Assembly: GCA_963755915.1 (NCBI GenBank)
Contig: CAVWLP010000002.1
Location: forward strand, 1,216,001 to 1,280,000
DNA length: 64,000 nt
Origin: an uncultured Phycisphaerales bacterium
GTDB taxonomy: Bacteria > Planctomycetota > Phycisphaerae > Tepidisphaerales > Tepidisphaeraceae
Reading direction: 5' to 3'
Part shown: positions 20,867-32,887 of the stretch, in pieces
How the letters are laid out: the number at the start of each line of letters is the position of its first letter
How positions within the stretch are numbered: position 1 is the first letter of the stretch
The notes under the pieces: model-generated
Databases searched by the model: none
Told to the model about the DNA's origin: nothing
Seen by the model: the letters and a program-made list of their open reading frames with translations, nothing else
Translations under genes and position numbers: made by a program

Positions 20867-23800
20867 TGATGTTCCTCGTCCGATCCCTTGAAGACTTCGT
20901 CGACGGTCGTGGTGACGGTGTCGAATGTACTGGCCGAGACTTTCGGCTGCTCGATTGTGCCCTTTATGTGGACGCGAAGCAATTCCTGATTGGCGCCGCT
21001 GATGAGGGGACCAAGGATGGGGAGGGCGACGAGGGTGGGGTTGGTGGTGGCGAGCCAGAGGCTGACCGTGCGCTTGGAGAAGTCCATTTCACCGCTGCCG
21101 GTCATGGAAACGTCGTTGCTCTTGAGGTCGATGTCTTCGAATTCAACTTTTTGGCCTTGAAGGGCATAGCGTGTGGTGATCTGGTTGAAAGGGCTGGTGG
21201 TGGGGAGGGCGAGGTTGGTAATTTGCATAAGGCCGAGCATGACGGGGATGTTGTACATTTTTTCACCGACGACGGAGACATCGCCGTGCCCGCGGCGGGA
21301 AGAGGGGTCGTCCCAGGTTCCGCCCATCTGGAGGGAAGCGGTGACGCGGCCGTGAATGTCCTGGCCGGCGGGGTTGGTGATCTGCCTTACGTCCGCGTCG
21401 CGGAGGACGAGGTTGATGTCGTAACGGCTGGCGCCAGAATCGGGGTAGATGTAATCGCCCTGTCCGGCGAGATCGCCGGACGCGAAGGTGCCTTCAACGT
21501 GGGAGATATCGATTTCGGGATCGTCAGTGATTTTGGCGAGGGTGAGTTTGAGGTTGGACCCCTGCCGTCCGGCGAGCATGACGGAATCGACCTGGCATTG
21601 CCCTTCGAGGCGATGGAGGCGGCCGGAGCGGATCAGGCCGGCGAGGTCCATCGTGCCGTGAACGTCGGTGGCGGGGAGGCCGACTTCCAGGTTGGTTCCC
21701 TTCATGGTGATTTTTGCGGCGAAGTCGACATCCGGGCCGGCGGGTTGAGTCGCGGATTGGCCGGTGGGCCAGTATTCGAGCTTGGAGAGATCGAGGCCGA
21801 TGTTTCCGCGAACTTTCAGGCCATTGAGGATCTGGAAGACGGAGGCGGGGAGGGCGTTGAGGAGCTCGTCATCGACGTTCATCGTGTCGGCGGAGATATG
21901 GAGGACCCAATCCGGGCGCCCGGAGAGATTGCCGGCGCCGGAGATCGTGAGCTGTGATTTGCCGTGGTGAGCGGTGAGATTGCTGAGGGTGACCTGCTGG
22001 GGGGCGACGGAGATATCTCCCTGCACATTATCGAGGCGATAGGGGAGCGCGATGGGGGTGACGGAAAGATTTTTCGGGATGATGTGGAGCTGGAGCTTGT
22101 CGGGGGCCGCGCCGAGCGTTTCGGAAAGCTGGAGGGTGGCGTCGATCGTTCCCTGCGGCTGGACGGTGTTCCATGCGTCGCGGGCGGCTGGGGGAGCATT
22201 TTGAATAGCGAGGGGCTGAGCTCCAGGTCTTTCGCGGCGCCGGAGAGGGCGATGTGCGGGCGCGAGGACCAGTCGAGGACCGCGTTGGCCGTGACGGCGC
22301 TGGGGCCGCGACGGCCGGTGAGATCGTCGATCAGGAGTCGCGTCGGCGTGAGATGGAGCTGGGCGGTGAGGCCGGACATGGCCGATTCACTGCCGTCGGG
22401 GGTTTGGATAGCGCCGCCCTTGAGCGTGGCGTTGAAGGCGTAGGCGATCGGTTTGTGATTCCCGGTGGAGAAGACGCGGCCGGCGAAATCGAGATTGCCG
22501 GTCAGGCCGGCGTTCTGGACCCATTGGCGCTGCATCGGGGGAAGAGCGCCGGAGAGATCGTTGTCAATGGGGAGGTTTGTGCCGGTGATCTCGATGTTGG
22601 GTCCGTCCGGTTCGTTGGTGGGTGGCGAGAGGTTGGTTTTCCAGCGGACGATTCCGCTGACGCCGATGGTCCCCGCGCCGTGGGGCATCTGGCCGTTGAT
22701 GACGTGGAGGATCCCCTCGCCGATGTCGAGCTGGCAGGAGAAATCGCGCAGCGGGTAGGGGAAGGCGGCCATTTTTCCCTCGGCGTCTTTCACATCGACA
22801 ACGCTTTCGATGTTAAACGGTTTTCCGGGCCCGGGCTGGCGGATGACGTTGGTGGAGAAGTCGCAGTGGAATTTGGGGAAGAGGCCGTGGGCGTCGGCAT
22901 CGAAAATGGCCAGTGCGCTCTGCGGCGCCGGGAGACAGGATCGCATGAGGGGATCGCCCGTGAAATTGTTTCCGCTGATGTGGAGCCAGGCGCCGGCGAC
23001 GCCCTGGAGCGGGCCGACGAAACCATCGACGGAAAGCGTCGCGTTTTCATTTACGTTTCCGACCGGGCCATGGCCAACGATGTTGAGCAGGCGGACGCCG
23101 TCCATTTTGGCGATGGGGTCATAGCCGATGACCAGTTTCCCAGTGACCTGGGAGACGGGGTAGGGGAGATCCGCGAAATGGAACTGGCCGTCTTTGACGT
23201 CGATCTCGCCGGAGACGGTGGGGTCGCTATCGGGCTCGTTGCGGCGAATGTCGAGGGTGAGGGAGCAGGTGCCGTGGGGGTGGAGATGCTCGATGAGGTC
23301 CTGCGCCTGCGCGGGAGGGTGCCGAGATAGTCCGGCGGCATGTCGGGGATTTCCAGGTCGTGCCCGGAAACGGAGGAGATGGTCAGATGTGCGGGGGCAT
23401 CGGGGGAATATCCGGACATCTGTCCGTCGATGTTGAACCAGTTGTTTTCGATTTTTCCGCTGATTCCTTTGAGCTCGATTCCGGCCTGGGTGAAGACGAG
23501 GTCGCCGGAGACCTGCGTGAAGCTGACCGGAGCCGGGGTGCTGAGGCGGCGCATGGTCTGGGCGAAGTCGGGGGTGATCCATTTTTTCTTTTCCGCCGAG
23601 TCGAGGAAATCATGCATGAACTGCACACGCTGGTTTTGCTCGCGGCTCATCCATTCCTGGGGGTGGACGACCATCTGCACGTCGCTGAGAACCAACTCGG
23701 CGCGGAAGATGGGGCCGCCACCGCCGGGGTTGGGGTTGTAGACCATCTCGGGGACTTCGATGTGTCCTTCGAGCTGATGCCATTCGCACCATTGCCGGGG

Positions 23801-24589
23801 CTCGGCGAGGAGCATGGTCTTGATGTCGGGTCCGAAAGTGAAGTTCTGCATGTGGGCGACGGAAACACCGCCTTCGGTGCGGATGGTGCCGTCCACGCTG
23901 GGGCCCATGGCTTCGCGTCCGCGGCTCTGGAGCTGGAAGTCATAGCGGTCGGGCTCTTCGTCGGAGGGGTTGAGGCTGCCTTCGATGCTGTACCAGCCGA
24001 GCGGGTAGGTTTTGCCGTCGCGCATTTCCATGTAGGCGACCTGCGCGTCGCGGAGGATGATCTGGGGGAGCTGTGCGGGGCCGGGGAGGCCGTTGGAGTT
24101 TTTGCGCTTCGGCGGGTGGCCGACGCCGTGCCACATGCGCTGGTAATTCCAGCGGTGGGTGTCGGGGTTTTCCACGAGCATCACCACCGGGGCGATGGCG
24201 ACGATCTGCGTCGCGGAGAGCTTGCCTTCGAGCAGCTCGGCGGGGTGATAGCGGATGAGGAAGGTGCGGGCGTGGAAGATGATGGAGTCGGGCTGGTTGG
24301 AGTTATCGACGCGGAGGGTGACATCGTCGAGGCGGAGGCCTTCAAAGACGGTGAGGTTGGCGCTGCCGATGGTGACTTCTCCGCCGAGGAGGTCGGAGAG
24401 ATAGGCGCTGGCCATGGAGCGGACGCGCTGGGCGTCGGTGAGATAGATGTACCCGAAGATGATGATGCAGAGGAACAGGAGGACACCAGCCATGCACCGT
24501 CGGCGCGCGGCGCAGTGCTGCCGCCGCAGGGGATGGCGCGGCCGCCAGCTTTTTTCGAAAAGGCGCTCCGGGTTAACAAGCATTTTCAT
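20863..24589 (-). CDS. AsmA/YhdP-like large beta-rich envelope protein (frameshifts near 23300 and 22180)
   Basis: N-terminal TM then long beta-rich repeats ending GSGEMDF...IKGTIEQPKV (AsmA-like C-terminus); spread over ORFs 23051-24589, 21879-23582 and 20863-22026. Confidence 0.75.
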
Positions 24590-25859
24590 CAGATCCGCCC
24601 CCGATGAGCCGACTTGGGACGCGGCAGCAGGCTGAGGCGGCTAAAATAGCCATCGGTCCTTCACCTGGGACGCGATAACGCAGCGACCCGACCGATAACG
24701 CGGCGGCGATGGTAAAATAGACCGCCGGCAACAATAACAGCCGCTTGACCGCTCCAGGCAGTACGGTCTTCCATAGTCCGGCGAGCAGCAGCAGGTCGAA
24801 CCCAACCCCATAAACGAGCCCCACCATCCTATACGATAATCGGCTTCCATACTGCGCACTAAGTGGGATTGGACTCCAGGTCCGAGCGATTTTGATAGCG
24901 GCCAGATGCAGGCAGTCCCATGGATGGTCTTTGATCCATTCGTTGGCAAGACCGGTGAAATAGCGGGAGCGGGCGACCTCCGTCATGTCCCGCGTCCAGG
25001 GCATGAACTGGACGAAGGATTGATTGCTGTCTCCGACGGCGTCGGGGCTGAAGCCGTCGTAGCGGGTGATACCGGCGTCGGTGGCGGTCCAGATCCATGA
25101 ACCCAGGACAAAGCGGTTTCGCGCCGCCCAGGGGAAGATCGCCAGGACGGAGACGAGCAGCATGGTCGCGGCGACGGGGAGGGGAAAATTCCCCACGGCA
25201 GCGCCGTGGGCGTTTCGGGAGCGATTCACAATATCAGTACGATTGGCGAGGGCCGCCCCGCAACCAAGCACAACGGGCATGAGGATTGCGCCGGGCCGAA
25301 CCAGCGCGGCAAAGGCCAGCAGCACCGCACCTCCGATCCAGGCCAGGAGCTTCGATCCATCCGGCCACGGCCCGCGACTGAGGACCAGCAGCGCCAATCC
25401 CCAGCAGAGCATCGAGGTGAAAAGGGTCTCGGAGAGGATGAGTCCCGTAAAAAAGATCATAAAGGGGTTGATCGCGACGATGGCGGAGGCGGCCAGCGCG
25501 CCGCGCATGGTGAGCCAGCGGCGCGCGAGCAGAAAGATGGCGAGGATGGTGCTGGTGTCCATAAAAGCCTGCACGATGCGCACCATCATCGGCTTAGCGC
25601 CGCAGAGTGCGACAAGCAGGGGATAGCCCGGCGTCCGATAGGCATAGACCGCCTGGTCGAAGCGCGGATCGATCATCCAAAGACTGGAGGAGCTTTTGAG
25701 GTTCTGGGCGAGCTGGAGGTATTCGCGCTGATCGGGAAGCTGGTCGATTGCGGCGTCGTCCGAAGGCTGGTGCAATGCCCAGGCAAGGCGAAGGGCAAGG
25801 GCGACGAGCAATATGACGGCCAGGGCGATCCAGCCGGTGCGGTTGGGGGAATCGGACAC
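24573..25859 (-). CDS. ArnT/GT39-like membrane glycosyltransferase
   Basis: DQREYLQLAQNL, AYRTPGYPLLVA, ILSETLF, LVRP, PWAARN, LRYRVP; GTG start at 25859. Confidence 0.82.
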   Translation of the reverse strand: MSDSPNRTGWIALAVILLVALALRLAWALHQPSDDAAIDQLPDQREYLQLAQNLKSSSSLWMIDPRFDQAVYAYRTPGYPLLVALCGAKPMMVRIVQAFMDTSTILAIFLLARRWLTMRGALAASAIVAINPFMIFFTGLILSETLFTSMLCWGLALLVLSRGPWPDGSKLLAWIGGAVLLAFAALVRPGAILMPVVLGCGAALANRTDIVNRSRNAHGAAVGNFPLPVAATMLLVSVLAIFPWAARNRFVLGSWIWTATDAGITRYDGFSPDAVGDSNQSFVQFMPWTRDMTEVARSRYFTGLANEWIKDHPWDCLHLAAIKIARTWSPIPLSAQYGSRLSYRMVGLVYGVGFDLLLLAGLWKTVLPGAVKRLLLLPAVYFTIAAALSVGSLRYRVPGEGPMAILAASACCRVPSRLIGGGSDENAC

Positions 25860-25923
25860 GTGAGGGAACGTACCGCGCGGGGAATGTGAAACCAACAATC
25901 CCAAGCCGCTACAATCTGGCCCG

Positions 25924-27412
25924 ATGTCTACCGAGACAATCGAACGCGATCTTGTCTGCCGGGGGTGCGGGTATAACCTGCGGAGCCTGCCGGCGAATGG
26001 CATCTGCCCTGAATGCGCGGTCCCGGTGGGTTTTTCGCTGCTGCCGGATTCGCTTTCGCTGAATGAGCCGGGGCATTTTCAAACCGCCCGGCTGGGGGTT
26101 TTGCTGATTATCGGGGTCGCCTGCTGGGAGGTGCTCGATAAATCGCTTCTGATCCTGCCGGCGGCGAACCTTCCAAATTATTTCGTGCAGTGGGTAAGGC
26201 CGTACTATGCGCATTCGGGGATCCTGTACTGGTTGGCTTTCATCGGGCAGGCCTTCGCTTTGTACACGTTCACGGCGATTCATCGCACGACATTTCGGCG
26301 CACATCGCTGGTTATATGCCTGGTCGCGGGATTTTTTTTGTTGCGCTTCTGTGTTGGCTGGGCGGGCAGATCGTACGTGTGTCCTTTGAACCAGCTTGCA
26401 TTCGATCCGATCTTCAACTCGCTTTGGCTGGGATACGGCGCAAAGTTCGCGAGGGAATACGCAACGCCATCGCTGGCGAAACAGATCAACCTTCTGCGGT
26501 GGATGCTGCCCGCGGCGATGGTGATTTGTTTGGTAGTGATATTCAGCCAAGTACCGGAACTGTTTCCGGTGTTTGACGCGGCGGCCGTGGTGGTTATCTG
26601 CCTGAATGTCTATCTGATTATTCTTTTTGTCAGGCTTCGCACGGCGCTGGTTTGGCAGATGCCTGCCGAGGGGGGTATCGCCGCGCACGTTTTGGAGGCC
26701 GAGGCGGGGATAGCAACAGGAGATAGCCAGTGGCGTCAGCGGGTGCGATGGGGGCTTACGCTGGAGGGAATTTATGCCGGCGTGATCTTGCTGGTTCATG
26801 TGGTTTCTTTCGTCGGTTCTCGATTGCAGAGATTCGGCGCGAGTGTGCCGATGACCGGCACGCGCATCCCCGATCAATTCGTCGACGGGGGCGTGCTCCT
26901 GCTTTCGATGATTACGGGCGCCCTGCAATTGCTTGGGATTTGGTGGATATCTATGCCAACGGCAGAACAGCTATCGGCCGAAACCACCGCTGGCGAATGG
27001 ATGCCCCGGCAACTGCTGCGTTTTTTTTCGGGCTGTGCAGTTGCTATCTCGCTGATCAATCCGATTTGCGACGTGGCGGCTTTGCGGGAGCCGGCGATCG
27101 TCTATTGGTTGCCCCTGCTCACGAGGGCAGTGATGCTTTTCTGCCTTTTTCACTATTTCGAGCGCGAAGCTGGCGCGGCGGGCGGGATCGGAATTGATTC
27201 GCAGAGAGGCGGAGATCGTGAAATGGGGATTGCCGCTGCTGGCTGCGATCTTGCCGGCGATTCTGCAGGTAGCGGAGGGATTTGGATTTTCGGGTGGGGC
27301 TGCCACGGCCGTGTTTCACCTGCAACGGGTCTATCTTCTGGTGGCGGAAATCTGGGGGATATGGATTTTCTATCAGCTCTGGCGCTGCTTCGCCCCGGCG
27401 GGTGCGAAGTGA
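25924..27412 (+). CDS. Multi-pass membrane protein with N-terminal zinc ribbon (probable frameshift near 27180)
   Basis: CRGCGYNLRSL-CPECA, many TM segments; the hydrophobic tail continues in ORF 27194-27412. Confidence 0.72.
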
Positions 27413-27430
27413 TATAACATTGTTTCGCTG

Positions 27431-29119
27431 ATGGGCATCAAATCCCTCGAAAAATCCCTTGAGGCGCTGGACGGGAAAGTGGGATCGCTGCGCGGCGGCT
27501 TGCCGGCGATTGCGCTGGCGCGGGGATGCGGCGGCGGCGCTGTTTCATATCCGGCAGAAGAACGACGGGCGAATCATTGTTTGTATTCTGGGGGGGACCG
27601 GCACGGGCAAAAGCACGCTGGTGAACCGGCTGCTGGGGGCGAATCTTTCGGCGGCGAGTTTTCGGCGGACGTTTACGGCTGGGCCGGTGGCGATTGCTTC
27701 GGGCGGCGTGCCGGAGAACTGGCTGGGGATTCAGCATGCGGCGGTGAATCCGGCGGAGCTCCCGGCGCGGGGGCAGAACGATTCGCTGCTGGTGGTGGAG
27801 GCGAAGAACGAATTGCTCGAGAAAGTCGTTCTGGTCGACACGCCGGATTTGGACGGGGATCAGCCGGTGCATCATGCGCAGGCGGAGCGGGTTTTTCGGT
27901 GGGCGGAGGGGATTATTTTTCTGGTTTCGCCGGAGAAATATCAGATGACGGAGCTGCTGCCGTATTACCGGCTGGCGGGCCGGTATGGGCTGCCGGCGAT
28001 TTATGTGATGAACAAATGCGAGACGGCGGAGATGCTGGAGGACTATCGGCAGATGGTGCAGAGCGACGTTTTTGCGATCGCTCGGGATGACGCGGCGTAT
28101 GAGCCGCCGGTGGAGCGGAATCTGGCGGCGCTGCGGCGGCAATTGCGGGGATGAAATTGCCGGAGGAATCGGCGCGAGAAGGGGCTGGGGATGCGGATGA
28201 GCGATCTGCTGGGGAGATTGCGCGATCAGATTACTTCGCCCCTGCGCGAGCAGCGGCGGGAGATTGACGCGATTGGTTTGGCGCTGCGGGCGATGGAAAC
28301 GCCGGCGCCGGGGATCGACGTGAATCCGATCACGGAACAATTGCAGCGGCGGCTTCAGCATAAAAGCGTGCTGTACCTCATCGGCCCGGGGCGGATTCGG
28401 GATCGGATCCGGCAGATGCCGGGGCTGCTGGTGCGTTTTCCGCGCGGCGTGTGGGATTTGCTGGTGCATGGGAAGACCGATCAGAAATTTTCGCTGGCGG
28501 TGGATGAAAGTTCGCAAGCGGGCGAGGGGCCGGATTTTCGGGCGGATCTGGTGGATCAATTCACGGTGATCCAGAGCCGGATCGATGACTGTTTGCGCTC
28601 CACCGCATGGGGCAGGAAATGGGTCGAGGATCCGGCTTCGGGTTATGCTGCGAGCAAATTCGATCCCCAGGATGCGGGGAAGATCGCGGATGAGGAGCTG
28701 GCGCAGCTCAAGGAGTGGCTGCAGAAGCGCTGGAACGCGACGCCGCGCGATACGGCTATTTTGCTGAAGGTGCTGAAGCATATTCCTGGTGGTGAAAAGC
28801 TGACGCAATGGACCGAGGCCGCGCCTTACCTGCTGGCGATTATTGTCGCGGCGCATCACGCGATTTTCGGGCATATCGACCTGATGGTTTTGGGGGGATA
28901 TTCGCTGGCGACCTGGCTGACGGAGCGGCTGAGCAACGAAGTCGCCTCGCGGACGCGGCTGGCGAACCGGACGATCGGGGCGCGGTTTGAACGGCTGGCG
29001 CATCAGCAGCTTCGGCAGACGCTGGGGTGGATCGAAGCGCGGCGCCGAAGTTTTCGGAGATCGAATCGATCGAAACGATGGCGGATCAGTTGCAGGAGTC
29101 GATCCATGAATCGAAGTGA
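27431..29119 (+). CDS. Dynamin-like P-loop GTPase A (three apparent frameshifts)
   Basis: G1 GGTGTGKST, G2 RRTFT, G3 DTPD, G4 NKCE; long helical region; hydrophobic hairpin APYLLAIIVAAHHAIFGHIDLMVLGGYSLATWL. Confidence 0.78.
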
Positions 29120-30826
29120 AGCGGAAACACTGGTGCGCGAGACGATGGAGCTGACCGGGGCGAGTGGGCCGGAGCTGCTGGAGGACGATTCGCCGACGTT
29201 GGCGGGAGATCCCGCAGGGGGGATTTATCTGGTGGGGCTGATCGGGGGGAAGGAAGTGGGGAAGAGCGCGCTGGTGAATGCGCTGGCGGGGGCGGCGATT
29301 ACTGCCGAGACCTCGCATGGGCCGGGTACGCAGATGGCCATCGCGTATGTGCATCGGTCGCGGCAGGGTGAGGCGGCGGAGTTGCTGGAGCGGGCCATTC
29401 CGGGGAAGTTCCGCATCGTGCCGCATGATGAAGCGAAATTGGGGGGGCAGGTTTTGGTGGATCTGCCGGATATCGACAGCCGGTTCGCATCGCATCTGCA
29501 GATTACGCGCGGTGTGCTGCGGCACATGCTTTTTCCGGTGTGGATTCAGAGCGTGGAGAAATATGCGGATATTCAGCCGCTGAATCTGCTGGCGAAGGTG
29601 GCGGCGGGGAATGATCCGGGGAATTTTTTGTTCTGTCTGAACAAGATGGACCAGGTTTCCGCGGAGGAGGCGGAGGAGCTGCGCGAGGATTTTCGGGGCG
29701 GATTCAGCGGGCGGTTTCGCTGGCCCAACGGCCGCGGATTTTTATGATCTCGGCGAAGAAGCAGAAGGAATTCGATCTGCCGGAGCTGGTGAAATTGCTT
29801 TCGCGGGAGAAATCGGCGGATACGCTGGAGCAATCGCGGGAGCTGGCGGCGCGGCGCCGGAGCCGGTCGCTGCTGGATTGGCTGGGGAGGCAGGATCTGC
29901 CGGGGCGGGCGGCGCAACTGCGACGGCTGGATGAGTTGGCATCCGATATTCTGGACGAGCGGGTGGGCGTGCCGCTGGTGGAGGGGATTATTCCGGGGAT
30001 GATCGACGATCCGGTTTACCGGATGGTGATGACGGACGGGGTCTTTGCGCGGCGGGTTTCGCGCTGGCCGATCGTGAACGTGCTGCATGCGCTGCTTTCG
30101 CCGCTGCGGTTTGTACTGCGGGAGAACGCGAGTGCCGGGTCGTTCTTTGGGGGAGAAGAGGCGCTGATCGAAGCGCATGTGAAGATCGGGGGCGGGTCGA
30201 TTGCAACGCCGGTGCAGTCGGCGTTTGCGCAGCTCAATCAGTCGGATCCGGCGGTGGCGGGGCTTTATGCGGGGAAGAAACTGTGGGAGCCGATGGAGGC
30301 TTCGATGGCGGAGGGGCGGCTGCGGCAATCGCTGGTGGAGACTGTGCGGGCGCAGCGCGGGGTGGCGCTGGAAAAGCTGTCGGGGCGGAATGGAATCATC
30401 GCGCCGGTCGTGCGAGTGGTTTTGACGATCGGGGCGCTGCTGTGGTTTCCGCTGGTGCAGCCGCTGCTGGAGGCGATGCTTTCGGGGCAGTCGGTGTTTG
30501 CCAGTTCGCGGGAGGCGGCGGTGGTGTTCGTGGAGATATTCGGGGCGGCGTATCTGCTGCGGAGCGCGGTGTTTCTGCTGATCTGGTATCTGGTGATCTG
30601 GGGGTTGCTTCGCTGGAGCACTCGGCGGCGGGTGGATCGGCTGCTGGGGAGATGGAAATCGGCGGATGACCGCGAGGATTCGCTGAACCTTACGACGCGG
30701 GCACTGGGGTGGATCGGGGAGATGCTGGAGCCGATCCAGAAGCGGCGGGAGAGGATGGAGGAGCTGGCCAAGCGAGTGGGGGAACTGCGCGAGGAGCTCG
30801 GAGTCGAGTCGCGGAATGCGGCGTGA
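29106..30826 (+). CDS. Dynamin-like P-loop GTPase B (frameshift near 29700-29740)
   Basis: G1 GGKEVGKSA, G3 DLPD, G4 NKMD, ISAK; two C-terminal TM helices and a terminal coiled coil; start overlaps the end of GTPase A. Confidence 0.78.
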
Positions 30827-31264
30827 AGGAGGGGAGGATTTCGTGGATTGCGACTTCATATATAGCGGGGTGGAATCATAGGGAAGTTAGTGGTTGCAAA
30901 TCGTTAATACTGCGATGTGGCGGGGGGTTTCGTTACCGTTGACGGATTGGAGATTTTTTGAAGAGGGGGGTGGGCGGATCCGGGGGTTTTTCGCGAATTG
31001 CGACGGGGGGAAAGGTTGTAGGTTTTGAGCTTCATGATCATCTTCATGGGAAAGTGTGCGCCTCTATAAGTAGGGCGAAAGGTGCACGTTTTGGACGTAT
31101 TTTGGACGTATCGTGAAATTTTTTTTTCGGAATTCTGATATTGTTTTAACTGACGGGGAGGAGAGATGGTTTTATGCGCGGAATGACGAGGAAAAGACAC
31201 ACGCACCCCTGCGGGGTTGCGGCTAAACGGGGGCGGGGAGGGGGTCGGAATTGCGAGTGCTTGG

Positions 31265-31699
31265 TTAGGTTCCGGGGATGACCTGGAAACCGCGCGGCTC
31301 GGCGGGTTCGGGCATGTACTGGGCATCGCCGAAGCCGAGGATCGGATAGAAAATAAATCCGAGGAACAAAAGGCCGAATCCGAAGGCGGTTCCCTGGCCG
31401 AATTTTTTGGCGATGTCGAAGGGGAGGACCAGGAGGATGAGGTTGATGAAGGGGATGAAGCCGAGGATCAGCCACCAGCCCGGTCGGCCGGCGATCTTGA
31501 GCAATATATAAAAGTTGTAGATCGGAACGATCGCGGCCCAGCCGGGTTGGCCTGCCTTGGCGTATACCTTCCACAGCGCGGCGATCATGAGGATGACAAT
31601 GCCTAATTCGATAATCGCGAAAACCATCATGGCAACGGGGGATCCGGATTGGGTAACCACCGGTCCGTTGGTCTGGGCCAACCAGAAAAGGTTTGACAT
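31265..31699 (-). CDS. DUF5684-type small membrane protein
   Basis: WKVYAKAGQPGWAAIVPIYNFYILLKIAGRPGWW...IAKKFGQGTAFGFGL...ILGFGDAQY; RBS aaggaga. Confidence 0.85.
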   Translation of the reverse strand: MSNLFWLAQTNGPVVTQSGSPVAMMVFAIIELGIVILMIAALWKVYAKAGQPGWAAIVPIYNFYILLKIAGRPGWWLILGFIPFINLILLVLPFDIAKKFGQGTAFGFGLLFLGFIFYPILGFGDAQYMPEPAEPRGFQVIPGT

Positions 31700-31915
31700 T
31701 CGTTTCTCCTTCGCGCGTGAGACAGAAATGGCTGAACTGTTAACCCTGTACGGCAGACGTATGTGCTGCTGAGCGGAAGGGGAGTATACCGCTGCACAAA
31801 GGGAATAGGCAAAAACATGTAACTAAACGCGCGACGCAACTGAGGGCCCTCACCCGCGCGGGTCGGGGCTCGCTTGCCCTCTCGCGGATTACCGGGCGAG
31901 GGGGAAGACGGGGGG

Positions 31916-32746
31916 TCAATTCGAGGTTCGAACCGATCCGCTGGTTGTGGGGAGGATGGGAAGAAGCAAATGATTTCCGGGCCTCTGGCGTCGGCGTCTG
32001 CGAAATAGGCTGGACGCGGCGATCAGTGTGATCGCGGCTGTCGAAGGTTCGGGAACCGTCGCCGCGATGCTGAAGCTGTTTATCCCCTGTTCCAATGTGT
32101 CGTCGTTGTTCGTCTGCGACGAAGTTGCCGCCAACGTATAAGAAACTCCCGGCATAAGCAGCAACGAAAAAGAGACGGGAGCGGAGCCGTAGTCGGCGAG
32201 GGTTCCATTGACACTTGCCTGATAAAGCACATCCGCCCCCTGACTGAACGTGACATCGTCGCTTCCAAGGGATTGTCCAAGGCTGCCGGTGAGGGTGAAT
32301 TCCTCCGGCGTTGAAACTTGAAAGGTCGAGGAGAAGCTGGTCATGCCGGTTGAAGTGGCGGTTCCACCATCGGGCGCAGACGCATAGCCGAGGTCGCCAC
32401 CACCTGCAGTAATGGTATACGTGTCCAACACGTCATTCTGGCTGGCTTCAACGGATGTTGCGGTGGCATACTCGGCTCCGGGCGACGATCCGGAGGCGGC
32501 GTTCGCGGACTGATCATTGGTGAGCACATTTTGATTGCTGAAGCTTTGGCTTGCGGGGGTGCCATCGGTTGCGGATGAGGTGGCGGATTCACTATATTGC
32601 TCACTGGTAAATTCGAATTGTGCTTCGACGCGCTGTGCGCAGAGGGCGATGAGCGTGCCGGCCAAGGGCACGAATTTGTGCTTTGGTGGGCGGATCAATT
32701 TTGGGGTGATTTCACAATAAGCCGCTGGCTGCCTCCGGGCACGCAT
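31916..32746 (-). CDS. PEP-CTERM sorting domain protein
   Basis: Ser/Thr/Ala-rich body; VPEPS + hydrophobic helix + RRRRR; RBS aagggg. Confidence 0.85.
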   Translation of the reverse strand: MRARRQPAAYCEITPKLIRPPKHKFVPLAGTLIALCAQRVEAQFEFTSEQYSESATSSATDGTPASQSFSNQNVLTNDQSANAASGSSPGAEYATATSVEASQNDVLDTYTITAGGGDLGYASAPDGGTATSTGMTSFSSTFQVSTPEEFTLTGSLGQSLGSDDVTFSQGADVLYQASVNGTLADYGSAPVSFSLLLMPGVSYTLAATSSQTNNDDTLEQGINSFSIAATVPEPSTAAITLIAASSLFRRRRRQRPGNHLLLPILPTTSGSVRTSN

Positions 32747-32887
32747 ACTCGTTTCCCCTTCTGCCTGTCACGGGGCGCACCAAAACCAGCCAGGGCGGGG
32801 CGCTTCAAAACCGGCCAATGTGCTGACGTATTCTATACCGCATCCGTTCTATCCGACGCAACTGTTCCTTGAGTTATTGGTCCCCGT

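Noticed and set aside
28191-29747. Single 518-aa ORF as a fused protein
   Set aside because: An apparent frameshift near 29040 joins the tail of GTPase A to the start of GTPase B; a stop at 29117-29119 and an ATG at 29106 give two genes
27438-30859. Long antisense ORFs (695 aa and 428 aa) and similar ones at 47379-48545 and 49384-50559
   Set aside because: Pro/Arg/His-rich shadows of real plus-strand genes in high-GC, skewed DNA
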